Assembly (NCBI GenBank): GCA_934526185.1
Contig: CAKTAA010000003.1
Location: 2,950 to 66,949, forward strand
From: an uncultured Eubacteriales bacterium
GTDB lineage: Bacteria > Bacillota > Clostridia > Oscillospirales > CAG-272
DNA: 64,000 nucleotides
Reading direction: 5' to 3'
A model generated the notes under the pieces. It did no database searches. It worked only from the letters and a program-made list of their open reading frames with translations, and was not told where the DNA came from. Position numbers and translations under genes: made by a program. Positions 1 to 9,926 of the stretch are shown here, one piece after another; within the stretch, counting starts at the first letter, position 1; every line of letters begins with the position of its first letter.

Positions 1-21
1 ATCAGAAAGGCGGTCTTTTGT

Positions 22-1275
22 ATGCGGACTGCTGCAATTATCTGTGAATACAATCCTTATCACAACGGTCATGCCTATCAGATAGCTCAGGTTCGAAAAG
101 TGATTCCGGACGCCGCTATTATCGGCATTATGAGCGGTAACTATGTACAGCGAGGTGACGCGGCTATATGCTGTAAATATGAGCGCGCCAAAGCCGCCGT
201 ATTGGGAGGCGCAGATCTGATTCTGGAGCTTCCCTTTCCTCACTGCTGTGCGTCTGCCGAAATTTTTGCAGATGCAGGCGTTTTTATTGCCCAATCAACC
301 GGCATTGCCGATACGCTGGCCTTCGGCGCTGAAACAGCGGAGCTCGCAAAGCTGAAAAACATCGCAGAAAATTTAAGCTCCTCCCGTTTTCAATCATCTC
401 TTTCCAGTTTATGTGAAAACAGCAGACATTCACCGGCAGGCTTTCCCTTCCAGCGCGAAAAGCTATATCTGGACCTTTTCGGCAATGACGATCTTGCCGC
501 TCTAAAGCTTCCCAACAACATTCTTGCGCTCGAATATCTCCGCGCCCTGTACAAATATAGAAACATCGCTCCCCTGTTGATACCGCGAAAAGGCGCTGCA
601 CATGACTCTGAAATCACTCCTGACGATTTCCCTGACCTTGCCTCGGCTTCGCAAGTCCGCACATGGACAGAAAAAAACAAATGGAATTCGGTCCGCCGCG
701 CAGTTCCTGAGGCCTCCTTTGCTATTCTTGAAAAGGCGTTCGGGTGCGGTTCAGCTCCCGCTGACATAAGACGCGCAGAAAGCGCGCTGCTCTGGTATTT
801 TCGAAACGCCGACACGGCGGTGACAGCGCAATATGCCGACATGCCAAACGGCATGGCCGGACGATTCCACGACGCTGCCCGAAATGCAGTCACTCTCGAC
901 GGCATGATCGAACGCTGTAAATCAAAAAAATTTACGAACGCCAGAATACGCCGAAGTCTTCTATATGCCTTTTTTCAGGTTTCACCTCAGGTACTCGCCG
1001 CTCCTCCAACCTATACCTGTGTATTGGCCGCGAACGCGCGCGGGACAGAGCTTCTGAGCCGGATAAAAAAGTCGTCGTCTCTCCCGTTACTGACCAAACC
1101 GGCTCACTATAAAAGGCTGTCAGGCGCTGCACGAAGTGTTTTTGAGCTTTCCCTGCGTGCCGACGCCTTCTGGCATATGCTGCTGCCAAAGCCGCTCCCC
1201 GCCGGTGCCGCCCTGCGCTATACCCCCTATATACATGATAGTATGGAGCATGAGAACTACCAATCACAATCATAA
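22..1275 (+). CDS. tmcAL: tRNA(Met) cytidine acetate ligase TmcAL (YlbM/UPF0348 nucleotidyltransferase)
   Basis: 417-aa ORF. N-terminal AIICEYNPYHNGHAYQI carries the EYNPxHNGH HIGH-like signature of the TmcAL/YlbM family. AGAAAGG lies upstream of the ATG. Recognised by eye. Confidence 0.8.
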   Translation: MRTAAIICEYNPYHNGHAYQIAQVRKVIPDAAIIGIMSGNYVQRGDAAICCKYERAKAAVLGGADLILELPFPHCCASAEIFADAGVFIAQSTGIADTLAFGAETAELAKLKNIAENLSSSRFQSSLSSLCENSRHSPAGFPFQREKLYLDLFGNDDLAALKLPNNILALEYLRALYKYRNIAPLLIPRKGAAHDSEITPDDFPDLASASQVRTWTEKNKWNSVRRAVPEASFAILEKAFGCGSAPADIRRAESALLWYFRNADTAVTAQYADMPNGMAGRFHDAARNAVTLDGMIERCKSKKFTNARIRRSLLYAFFQVSPQVLAAPPTYTCVLAANARGTELLSRIKKSSSLPLLTKPAHYKRLSGAARSVFELSLRADAFWHMLLPKPLPAGAALRYTPYIHDSMEHENYQSQS

Positions 1276-1723
1276 TGCATTGTTATCAATATATTGCTGT
1301 GCAGTATCGGCAATAAACTGCTGTTTGTTAAACTCTCTGAAACGAACATACAAGCAGTGTCAAAGATGTCATCTTTTCCATTACTAAACTCATTAAAACG
1401 GCTAAATATAGAGGAGGCAGTAGTTTTTTAATCCTGCTGCCGCTTTTCCTCTGAAAATATTAATTCTTGTCGTACTCACTACCTGCCGTATTCTCCCCGT
1501 GACATTCTGCCTCACTCTGCCCCGATCTCTATCCTATCAACAGAGAGCACCATATCTATCCATTCCCCGCGGATCTGTAGCCTCCCGTAACTGCGATATT
1601 TATCTCCGAACGGCGGCTCCGCAATCGACCATATTTTCAATCAACATAATTCAATCTTTATACTTCAGCTTTACCCCGCTAAAAATCGTCCCCCCCACCA
1701 TACTCTTTTTCACCCTTTCAGTT

Positions 1724-1760
1724 AAAAACAGGACGGCATAACGATTGGTTATGCCGTCCT
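1724..1760 (-). terminator. Rho-independent terminator downstream of the SLH gene
   Basis: Perfect 13-bp stem AGGACGGCATAAC/GTTATGCCGTCCT (1730-1760). It is followed on the minus strand by GTTTTT (plus-strand A-run 1724-1728), 68 nt after the stop at 1828. Confidence 0.65.
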
Positions 1761-1827
1761 TCTTAGTTATAAAATTGCTTTCATATGTGCGAATGCTTCT
1801 TATATGCAACCGTTATTTTTATTGCTG

Positions 1828-3141
1828 TTAAGCTTCAAGCGCTTTGCAGAAATTCGTAATCAAGGTTGCTACTTCTGCTCTGGAAGCCGTTCCCAGAGGA
1901 TTGATGGAACCGTCGCCGGGGCCCTGAACCAAGCCAGCCGATGCACAAAGCTCAACAGCTTCTTTTGCCCAACTGGAGATATCGTCTGCGTCAGTAAAGC
2001 TGACATTCTCGTTAACAGCATCCAATGTGATGCCCTTATATTCCATATAGTTTGTAATCAGCACACACATCTGTTCACGCGTGATCGGATCACTCGGATT
2101 AAATGTTGTCTCCGATGTACCATTGACAACTTTATTCTCATACGCCCAAGCCACTGCTGTTCCGTACCATTCGTTCATATCGACATCTGTGAAAGGCACT
2201 TTTGCATTTTTATATTGATCAAAATCTACACCTTCATAGTTTGCAAACAATCTGGTAAACATAGCACGCGTCATCAATGTTGCAGGCTCAAACGTAGTGT
2301 CAGAGGTACCGAGGAACAGGCCGTTCTGCACCGCATAGCCCACATAGGGGAAATACCACTCGGTGTTGGATGTATCTGAAAACGCATTAAGATCGCTCAG
2401 TTTGATGAAGTTATAGGATATTGCCTGGAAATCGTCACGTCCGTCCTCTTCCACATACCAGCCGGTCGGCTTATCCTTGGAACCGCCGGTTGTGTAATCA
2501 TACAGGAACACAAACAAACCAAAATAATCGTCTTTATCAAAGATAGGCTCGCCGTCCGTGTCATTCAAGAGGATTGCATATTCATAGCTGTAGCCTTCGT
2601 TGGTCTGCTTGAATGCCACATTGCCGTCTGCAAGAACTTTGACCAGTGTTTTTTCTTTAAAACGGCCAAAACTCATCGGCTGATTATTTGCGTAATCTTC
2701 ATATGTGACATAAGTATAGCCGCCGCAGTCTGTCTGGAAAATGCGTTTGTCATTCTGTGTTACAGAGCTCGCAGGATCCAAAACAACCTTTACATGATCT
2801 GTTGTGTCCATTTTCGCAGCAGTTTTATGCTGATCATCTGTCGACGCCACCATGTCGGGGTCAATAACATTTACATAAACATACAGCTTTTCACCGTCAT
2901 GAACCATGTACACAGCGCCGGAAGCACCGGTTGCAGTTCCTTCATACAAACGGCCGAAAGGTACATACAAACCGCCGTTATATATGGCATCTTTTTCGCC
3001 GTCTACTTTAATGTCTCCCGTGCTTACCTTGGTAACCAAATTGATCTTATCTTCATCCTGCCAATAAGCACCGGATACCGCGACTGTCAATGACGTTACA
3101 ACCATGATAACAGTCAAAATGAGTGCCATTGTTTTTTTCAT
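1828..3141 (-). CDS. SLH-anchored cell-surface protein with N-terminal CBM9/DOMON-like domain
   Basis: Signal peptide MKKTMALILTVIMVVTSLTVAVSGA. Start moved to ATG 3141 (GGAGGA 7 nt upstream). Three C-terminal S-layer-homology repeats (FSDTSNTEWYFPYVGYAV.., FTDVDMNEWYGTAVAWAY.., FTDADDISSWAKEAVELC..). The N-terminal block DGEKDAIYNGG...GASGAVYMVHDGEKLYVYVNVIDPD is shared with the four downstream paralogs. Confidence 0.8.
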   Translation of the reverse strand: MKKTMALILTVIMVVTSLTVAVSGAYWQDEDKINLVTKVSTGDIKVDGEKDAIYNGGLYVPFGRLYEGTATGASGAVYMVHDGEKLYVYVNVIDPDMVASTDDQHKTAAKMDTTDHVKVVLDPASSVTQNDKRIFQTDCGGYTYVTYEDYANNQPMSFGRFKEKTLVKVLADGNVAFKQTNEGYSYEYAILLNDTDGEPIFDKDDYFGLFVFLYDYTTGGSKDKPTGWYVEEDGRDDFQAISYNFIKLSDLNAFSDTSNTEWYFPYVGYAVQNGLFLGTSDTTFEPATLMTRAMFTRLFANYEGVDFDQYKNAKVPFTDVDMNEWYGTAVAWAYENKVVNGTSETTFNPSDPITREQMCVLITNYMEYKGITLDAVNENVSFTDADDISSWAKEAVELCASAGLVQGPGDGSINPLGTASRAEVATLITNFCKALEA

Positions 3142-3181
3142 GTATATTTCCTCCAAAATAAATTAGATTTGCGTTGTGTCT

Positions 3182-3210
3182 ATTGTATCAAAGATTTCTT
3201 TGCTTGTCAA
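3182..3210 (-). promoter_or_regulatory. Sigma-70-type promoter of the SLH gene
   Basis: Minus strand reads TTGACA (3205-3210), 17-nt spacer, TACAAT (3182-3187). A T9/A9 tract at 3235-3243 sits upstream (UP-element-like). About 40 nt upstream of the start codon. Confidence 0.55.
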
Positions 3211-3430
3211 GCTTTATCTGGCATATATTATATCTTTTTTTTTAAATATCTCTGTAAATCAAGGTTTTTTTAGGCACTTTTACCATAATTCATATATACC
3301 GAAGCTTTGCTGAAAGAAAATCCAGTTTTCCCCTGCTTTTACCGGGAAATTTTTCAGTTAAGGCTTTGTCCCCCGCCTTTTAATAGAAAATTATGCCCCT
3401 CTTGAAATAATATGTTTTTCATATACCGGA

Positions 3431-3478
3431 CTCAGAAAAACGGAGGGATAGGTAAAGAACCGTTACCTATCGCCCCGT
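3431..3478 (-). terminator. Terminator-like hairpin downstream of paralog A
   Basis: Imperfect 16-nt-arm hairpin ACGGAGGGATAGGTAA/TTACCTATCGCCCCGT (3440-3478), followed on the minus strand by TTTTTCTG. Confidence 0.5.
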
Positions 3479-3538
3479 CTCTCTTTTTTTAAAGGAAATC
3501 AATTCAAGATGAACCAGCACAAAAATCTCGATTTTCTA

Positions 3539-4318
3539 TCACTTTTCATTTTTTCTTTCCCTGCGGACAATTAAAACCATAATAACAATCCCTAACAGCC
3601 CACCGGAAACAACGAATGCAGCAATGGCCCCGCCTGACAGACCGCCGCCGGTTTCACCGGATTCGTCCGCTGCTTTATTGGACGCCTTACTTCCCTTATC
3701 CGCGTCTGACATCACGGTCTCAGTATCCGACGATGTCTCCGTATCGTTTACTGATACATCACCTGTTTGGAAAGCAGGATCATAGAGTGCTAATACCTCC
3801 ATATTGGTATCCAGCAGCGATTGTTCTGCAAACGTCACACCGTTCCACTGCTTATAATTAAGGACATTATCTTTGCTCAGGAAAGCATTCGTGCTGTAAG
3901 AGGATGTTTTCTTTCCGTTGTCATAAACGTCGTTGAGAATAACTTCCAGACCATATACGGGTTCGACAAGTTCCGAATCCGTAACTTCCGCAAATACCCT
4001 CAGACACATATCATACAACAGATAGACCTTTGCTGACACACCTGTCTCTTCGCCGTCGATCAACTGATCGGCATTCAGGATCAGACCGTAATTGTACACG
4101 GGATCCTTTTCGCCGTCCAGCTTTATGTATTCATCCCACTGATACCCTTCCATATGCCAGACTTCATCCCACACGCTGGGTATCTCGCCGTAATCGGTCT
4201 CATATTCCCGCGGTACAAAAACCGGGGCTTCAGCTTCATCCTCCTCAGCGTACACAGCCATAACCGTCATGGAAATTGTCAGGAAGAATGCAAGAATTGC
4301 GCTTAGCACCCTTTTCAT
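3539..4318 (-). CDS. Type I membrane-anchored surface protein, CBM9/DOMON-like ectodomain (paralog A, short form)
   Basis: Start moved to ATG 4318 (MKRVLSAILAFFLTISMTVMAVYA signal peptide; GAGGAAGAGGAG upstream). Shared block KLDGEKDPVYNYGLILNADQLIDGEETGVSAKVYLLYDMCLRVFAEVTDSELVEP. Ser/Thr/Asp-rich linker, one C-terminal TM helix (AIAAFVVSGGLLGIVIMVLIV), then a basic tail. Confidence 0.75.
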   Translation of the reverse strand: MKRVLSAILAFFLTISMTVMAVYAEEDEAEAPVFVPREYETDYGEIPSVWDEVWHMEGYQWDEYIKLDGEKDPVYNYGLILNADQLIDGEETGVSAKVYLLYDMCLRVFAEVTDSELVEPVYGLEVILNDVYDNGKKTSSYSTNAFLSKDNVLNYKQWNGVTFAEQSLLDTNMEVLALYDPAFQTGDVSVNDTETSSDTETVMSDADKGSKASNKAADESGETGGGLSGGAIAAFVVSGGLLGIVIMVLIVRRERKNEK

Positions 4319-4463
4319 GCTGATTGTTCTCCTCTTCCTCTCAAAATTGTTATTCTGTTGTGTCATTTCGTCTCTGTGAAATGCAGTCTCGCTTTCCATT
4401 TTGCCTCGTTTTCTGCGACGGCTTTCGGATCGGTGTACTCTCTTATCCCTCTAACTGTCCTTT

Positions 4464-5765
4464 TTAGTGCTGATCTCCGTCCTGCTTTTCTTCGGACGTT
4501 TGCTCATCTTTTTTCTCTTCCGGTGTCTCTGTCTTTGTCGATGCAGTATCGGCTCCGCTTTTTTCTTTTGCAGACGGATTCTGATTTTTCTTTTTATAAA
4601 GAACAACTGCAATAACCACCGCCAAAAGGACAGCAGCAATTACGCATATAATGACGACGCCTATATTTCCGTTATCCTCATCCTTTCCACCGTCCGGCTT
4701 GGAGGTATCCGCCGGCTTCGACGTATCGGATTCCCCGCCGCTTGCGGCCGGTTCTGAGGAATCGTCAGCCGGCTGCGTATCCGTCTGCGCATTCGGGTCA
4801 TACAGCGCCAGCACATCCGCATTGGTTACCAACAGAGACTCCATGGAGCTAGCCAGTGTAACGCCGTTCCACAACGTATAATCCAACACATTTTCCTTGT
4901 TCAGCGCCGCGTTAGTACTATAGGAGGCAACCTTTTCCCCGCCATCATAGGCATCATTCAGTATGACCTCCAGACCGAAAACCGCATCCTCGTCACTCTT
5001 GGTCAGGAACAGATTCGTCTCAATATTATAGCCCGTCTCCGTCTCCTTGACGATCAAGCCGCTGTTGGGATCTTTCGTATCCACAGGCCCGATGACGCCG
5101 TGAAGAGCATCGCCAAACCCTGCCAAGTCGCAATTCGTCAGATATCTGCCGTCTGCCTTGTTTTCCGGGTCGTACTCCTTGCTGTGCACATAATCCGTCC
5201 AATAACCGAACCCGGCACCCGTCCAGTCGAAGCGATAAAGACGCGCAATGCTCCCCTCCTGCAAAACCTGCTCATATTCTCCTGTCTCAGGATTCGGCAG
5301 ATAAGGGCCTCTCTGCTCTTCTTCCGGATCAAGCAGGAGAGAGATACTGTCGAAAGCTTCCACACCCTTCGGATCCCCGAACTGCTGCTCGTCGGTCGGT
5401 CTGACAAGCTCGGGATCCGTCACCTCAATGAAGACGCGAAGACGCGCGTCATTCAGCAAATAAATTTTCGCAGAGGCTCCGCTGTCCTCTCCCTCAATCA
5501 GGTTTTTCGTTTCGAGAATCAGGCCGTAATCATAAACCTTATCCTTTTCCCCGTCTAATTTTATGTACTCTTCCAACGTGTAACCGACCGCATGCCATGC
5601 ATCGTCCCACAGATTGGGGATTTCGCCGTGATAGGTCTCATATTCTCTCGGTGCAAAAACCACGTCCTCGTCGTCCTCTTCCTCCTCCGCCTGTACTGCG
5701 GTAACAAGAAGTGAGGCTGTCATCATAATTGCAAGGAGGGCACTCAGCAATTTTCTTATTTTCAT
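4464..5765 (-). CDS. Type I membrane-anchored surface protein, CBM9/DOMON-like ectodomain (paralog B)
   Basis: Signal peptide MKIRKLLSALLAIMMTASLLVTAVQA (start at 5765 preferred over 5777). Same KLDGEKD..GLIL..LIEGE..GASAK.YLL.D..LRVF.EVTD.ELV block as paralogs A, C and D. C-terminal TM (GVVIICVIAAVLLAVVIAVVLY) plus a charged tail. Confidence 0.75.
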   Translation of the reverse strand: MKIRKLLSALLAIMMTASLLVTAVQAEEEEDDEDVVFAPREYETYHGEIPNLWDDAWHAVGYTLEEYIKLDGEKDKVYDYGLILETKNLIEGEDSGASAKIYLLNDARLRVFIEVTDPELVRPTDEQQFGDPKGVEAFDSISLLLDPEEEQRGPYLPNPETGEYEQVLQEGSIARLYRFDWTGAGFGYWTDYVHSKEYDPENKADGRYLTNCDLAGFGDALHGVIGPVDTKDPNSGLIVKETETGYNIETNLFLTKSDEDAVFGLEVILNDAYDGGEKVASYSTNAALNKENVLDYTLWNGVTLASSMESLLVTNADVLALYDPNAQTDTQPADDSSEPAASGGESDTSKPADTSKPDGGKDEDNGNIGVVIICVIAAVLLAVVIAVVLYKKKNQNPSAKEKSGADTASTKTETPEEKKDEQTSEEKQDGDQH

Positions 5766-5887
5766 ATTTACGACCATAGCTTTTATAAACCAAAAGCATC
5801 CTTTCTACAAAGTAATTTTATTTTGCGAAATAAAAAATTTGCATCGGCATGAAATGCAGTATACTCTTTGCATCAATGAAAATAATA

Positions 5888-5922
5888 TAAAAACGCATGC
5901 GCCGAGATACCGGCGCATGCGT
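5888..5922 (-). terminator. Rho-independent terminator downstream of paralog C
   Basis: 12-bp perfect stem ACGCATGCGCCG/CGGCGCATGCGT (5893-5922), followed on the minus strand by TTTTT (plus A-run 5889-5893). Confidence 0.65.
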
Positions 5923-5975
5923 GGGATAATGTGCCGGATTGTTGTCCTGCTGAGATCCTATAGGCTGCCTGTTAA

Positions 5976-7325
5976 TTATTCAGTTTTTTTCTTTTTCATC
6001 ACAACAACGATAACAACGACAACCGCAATGACAACAACCGCGATAATTACACCGATAATAACCGGATTCATTCCGCCGTCATCCTTATTATTGTCCACAC
6101 TCTTTGTATCCGTTGTCTTTGCCGTGTCGGTAGAGGTATCCGCCCCCGTATCTGCGCCGGTATCCTCCCCGCTTGTATCAACCGTTTCGCCCTTCTGAGC
6201 TGCTATATATGCCGCTCTGCCGTCAGCATCAAGTACGTTTCCTTCATCGTCTTTCGGATCCGCAACCCACTCGTCGATTACAAAATAATCATATGTTTTC
6301 CAATCCATTACATCTGTTTCGCCGTTCAGTGTATAGACAGCTTTCTTTTCACCGCCGTCATATACGTCGGTCAGAATGATGTTCAGTCCCATTTCCGTGC
6401 CGCCGCCGTATTCCGGCCACATTGCGAAAATTTCAACATTGTATCCGGTTTCCGTCTTCCGAACAGCCGCAAAGGAACTATCGTCATTCTGAAGCGGTTT
6501 TAAAGAATCTATCAGTGAATTTCCCCAACCGATAAAGTCGTTGTTAGAAAAATATTTTGAATTGTTCTTATCCGTCGGAATTTTTTCGCCCACGCTGAAA
6601 TCCAGAGGCTCAGTCGAGTCTGGCAGGTGGTAGAATTTTTCATCGGGATTCCATTCAAATCCGCTTTCAAAATAATAATAGTTGCCGTCTTCTTTGTTAT
6701 AAAGGGCGTTTTTGCCCACTGACAGTTCCCACTCTTCATCCAATGCCTTTTTAGAATCGATCCATTCTTTAGACCATTGGTGACCGTCATCCATCCATTC
6801 GTTGTACACAAAGCCCGTGTGATCCATGCGGTATGAGCGGAGAGTGCTTTGCTCCAAATTCCACGGCCAGCTTCCGTCATCATCATCAGGGTTGTCTCGG
6901 AACCAGGGGCTCACGCTGTGGTCGCCGTTATCCCTGTCAAAAATAAGCTCAATGCTGTCAAAGGACATGCTTGCCGCCTCTTCAATTTGCTGCTCCTGCG
7001 TGGGATCAATCAGCTCACTGTCTGTTACCTCAATAAAAATTCTCATACAAGTATCAACCAGCATATAAACCTTTGCGGAAGCTCCGGAATTCTCACCTTC
7101 AATCAGTTTGTTGACTTCCAGAATCAAGCTGTCATTGTACTCCGGCTCCTTGATGCCGTCCAGCCTGAGGATATCCTGAAAATCGCCGTCATAGTCCCAG
7201 CCCTCGTAGTCCTTTTTGGTTTCACCCAAAAAATCATTTTCGATATACGCGGCAGCATTCAGCAACATTGATGAACACATGAATGCTGCCAGCATAACGG
7301 CTCCGAGCTTTTTCATTTTTTGCAT
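5976..7325 (-). CDS. Type I membrane-anchored surface protein, CBM9/DOMON-like ectodomain (paralog C)
   Basis: 449 aa. Signal peptide ..MCSSMLLNAAA/YIEND, shared ectodomain block, GADT/STDT low-complexity linker, TM VIIGVIIAVVVIAVVVVIVVV, KKKKTE tail. The C-terminal ~75 aa are almost identical to paralog D. Confidence 0.8.
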   Translation of the reverse strand: MQKMKKLGAVMLAAFMCSSMLLNAAAYIENDFLGETKKDYEGWDYDGDFQDILRLDGIKEPEYNDSLILEVNKLIEGENSGASAKVYMLVDTCMRIFIEVTDSELIDPTQEQQIEEAASMSFDSIELIFDRDNGDHSVSPWFRDNPDDDDGSWPWNLEQSTLRSYRMDHTGFVYNEWMDDGHQWSKEWIDSKKALDEEWELSVGKNALYNKEDGNYYYFESGFEWNPDEKFYHLPDSTEPLDFSVGEKIPTDKNNSKYFSNNDFIGWGNSLIDSLKPLQNDDSSFAAVRKTETGYNVEIFAMWPEYGGGTEMGLNIILTDVYDGGEKKAVYTLNGETDVMDWKTYDYFVIDEWVADPKDDEGNVLDADGRAAYIAAQKGETVDTSGEDTGADTGADTSTDTAKTTDTKSVDNNKDDGGMNPVIIGVIIAVVVIAVVVVIVVVMKKKKTE

Positions 7326-7513
7326 CCCCCCTGCTAATATGCATTAGCATCTCGGCATGAAAATCTATATTTTTCCTGCTGAAAAGAATCAGGATGTTTC
7401 GCGGTCCGAATCAGTCAGTGTCTGCCTCCGGCCCTACTCTTGCAGCTCGGCTGCGGAAAAAACAAACAGGAGCAAAATAGGGATGCAGACCGTGCTTCCA
7501 GCTATGTATTGCG

Positions 7514-7559
7514 AAAAAAACGCATGCAACCGAGGATGCACCCGACACATGCGTTTTTT
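7514..7559 (-). terminator. Possible bidirectional terminator downstream of paralog D
   Basis: AAAAAAACGCATG ... CATGCGTTTTTT inverted repeat (7514-7559) with a 21-nt loop. The core stem is weak. Confidence 0.35.
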
Positions 7560-7623
7560 CCGTCGATTTAACCGAAACAGATTACTGAATCAGCGTTTTT
7601 GTTCTGCCTGTCAAATATTCCGT

Positions 7624-8976
7624 TTATTCAGTTTTCTTCTTTTTCATTACGACAACGATGACGGCAACGGCAACGATAACAACAACCGCGATGATTACAC
7701 CAATAATAACCGGACTCATTCCGCCGTCATCCTTATTATTGTCCACGCTCTTTGTATCCGTTGTCTTTGCTGTGTCGGTGGAGGTATCTTTGGACGTATC
7801 TGCGCCGGTATCCTCTGTTGTGTCAACCGCTTCGCCCTTCTGAGCCGCTATATATGCTGCCCTGCCGTCCTCCTCCAATATATTTCCTTCATCGTCATAC
7901 GGCATTGCAATATCCATGCCCAGAGTGAAGTAATCCATCTCTTTCCAGTCCATGGGATCCGCCGCGCCGTTCAGCGAATAAGCGGATTTCTTGTTGCCGC
8001 CGTCATACACATCGGTCAGAACCACGTTAACACCGAATTCTGTCCCCTCAGCGTACGCTGTCATCATGGCGCAGATTTCCACGTTGTAACCGTTTTCTGT
8101 TTTCTGTACAGCGACCGCCGTATTGGGATCGTTGGGATCTGTACATTTCATGCTGCTATCTAACGTGCCGCCCCAGCCGATCATGTCGGCATTTGAGAAA
8201 TACTTGCCGTCATCCTCCACAAGCGGGAGTTTTTCAGCCTTGCTCAGATCCAATGGGGTTGTTGTGTCTTTATATACATAGCAGAGCTGATCCTTATTCC
8301 ACTCAATGCCTTCTTCAATATAATAATATGTCTGATCCTCTTCTACCCAGAGGGCATTTTCACCTCCCGTCAATGCCCAATCTTCGCCGAACTCAGCTTT
8401 TTTAGCATCGCTCCACTCCTTGGTGCCTAATTTATGCCCGTCATCCATCCATTCGTTGTACAGGAAGTTTGTGTGGTCCATACGGTATATGCAGTAAGGC
8501 GTCTGGCCCTTGACTCTCCATGGATAGCTTCCGTCATCGTCATCAGGCGCGTCCCGGAACCATGGGCTTACATCAAGATTGCCGTTGTCGGTGTTCAGAA
8601 TAATCTGGACACAGTCAAAGGACTGCACACCGGTTACCTCTTCCACCTGCTGATCCTGTGTAGGATCGACAAGCTCTTTATCCGTCACCTCAACAAATAT
8701 TCTCAGACTTGTGTCGTGAAGAATATATACCTTAGCGCTCGCGCCGGTGTCCTCCCCCTCAATGAGCTTATCCACTGTCATGATCAGACCGTCGTTGTAT
8801 TCCGGCTCTTTTATGCCGTCCAACTTGAGGATATCATCAAAGTTTCCGTCCCAGCCCCAGCCCTCGTAGTCTTTTTTGGTTTCGCCGAGCGTGTCGTTTT
8901 CGATATACGCGGAAACGTTCACCAGCATTGCCGAACACATGAGTACTGCCAGCAGAATGGCTGTCAATTTTTTCAT
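7624..8976 (-). CDS. Type I membrane-anchored surface protein, CBM9/DOMON-like ectodomain (paralog D)
   Basis: 450 aa. Signal peptide MKKLTAILLAVLMCSAMLVNVSA/YIEND. Colinear with paralog C along its whole length. Same linker, TM and KKKKTE tail. Confidence 0.8.
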   Translation of the reverse strand: MKKLTAILLAVLMCSAMLVNVSAYIENDTLGETKKDYEGWGWDGNFDDILKLDGIKEPEYNDGLIMTVDKLIEGEDTGASAKVYILHDTSLRIFVEVTDKELVDPTQDQQVEEVTGVQSFDCVQIILNTDNGNLDVSPWFRDAPDDDDGSYPWRVKGQTPYCIYRMDHTNFLYNEWMDDGHKLGTKEWSDAKKAEFGEDWALTGGENALWVEEDQTYYYIEEGIEWNKDQLCYVYKDTTTPLDLSKAEKLPLVEDDGKYFSNADMIGWGGTLDSSMKCTDPNDPNTAVAVQKTENGYNVEICAMMTAYAEGTEFGVNVVLTDVYDGGNKKSAYSLNGAADPMDWKEMDYFTLGMDIAMPYDDEGNILEEDGRAAYIAAQKGEAVDTTEDTGADTSKDTSTDTAKTTDTKSVDNNKDDGGMSPVIIGVIIAVVVIVAVAVIVVVMKKKKTE

Positions 8977-9221
8977 TTTTTGATCCCTTTCTTCTTTATA
9001 AAATTGGATTGCGAATAGACTTAATATTCAACAATATGGCGCTTCCTATCCCCTCCATTCTATGGAAATACAGCGCCGCCTACATCATTTCTATTCATTG
9101 ATACGTCAAATGATACCCGAACAGAATCATTTCGGTCTCTAACACTGTTTTCCGCAGACAGCTCCTCTCATCTGCTCAGTTTATCCCGGCAGGGTTCCGC
9201 AAGTGGTATTTGAAACAAATT

Positions 9222-9545
9222 TCATACTGAGTCAACTATGAAATCTTCCGGAGCGCACCCTTCTTGTCGGTTGCTAACCGATTGTGGACTCCGTTTCAGA
9301 CCACGGAAACCTGCTGACATCCTGTTTTCAAAGTCAGACATATTCTCGGCAACCATCCAAATTGAGACAGAAGCTGGTTTCGTTTTTATATCATTTTTCT
9401 TTAATCTGCTATCATTATAGCCTACAGGATATAAATTGTCAAGATATTCATAAAATTTTTGGTCAATAATACCAAATTTCAATATTTGCTTTTGGATAAA
9501 ACACGAATAGGGACCGGCGTCTTTCAGGATTTTCAGGGAAAGCAA
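9222..9545 (-). CDS. Hypothetical protein (orphan ORF in a visibly AT-rich patch)
   Basis: 107-aa ORF with no recognisable motif. Its composition is clearly more AT-rich than the neighbours. It may be a gene remnant. Confidence 0.25.
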   Translation of the reverse strand: MLSLKILKDAGPYSCFIQKQILKFGIIDQKFYEYLDNLYPVGYNDSRLKKNDIKTKPASVSIWMVAENMSDFENRMSAGFRGLKRSPQSVSNRQEGCAPEDFIVDSV

Positions 9546-9906
9546 CCGGCATTTGTAACTGCAGGCGGAAGAACGTCATACAGAAAGAGAGGCTGTCCGG
9601 GAACATGGACAGCCTTTTTTTCATGCATAAAATCCGTAATGTTTTTCAGCTTCCGCGCGTCGGTGCGTTTGCAAATCATTTCCGCGCACCGCGGCCGTAT
9701 CGCCGGCAAACGCCGGTAATTTTTTTATTTTCCGCCGTTTCTGACGCAGCAATGATCCGGTACGATACCTGAAATTGCCGTCCGAGGCGCTGCCATTTGG
9801 TTTCAAATAAGAAAGCACCCGCCTGTCATCGAAGCCCTGCGGCGCTCAGATGCTTGCCTCATCATTCAACGATGACGAGGCGGGCCTTGCCGCACGGAAA
9901 TCGGAA

Positions 9907-9926
9907 CCCGCCGCATTTGCGGCGGG
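9907..9926 (-). terminator. Hairpin downstream of valS
   Basis: CCCGCCGCA-TT-TGCGGCGGG, a 9-bp GC stem 50 nt after the valS stop. The T-tract on the minus strand is weak (TTCCGATTTCC). Confidence 0.45.

Noticed and set aside
7357-8163. 268-aa plus-strand ORF spanning the paralog C/D intergenic region and the 3' end of paralog D
   Set aside because: It overlaps the strongly supported minus-strand gene and has repetitive NDN/Cys-rich composition. It is a frame artefact of the low-complexity stalk region.
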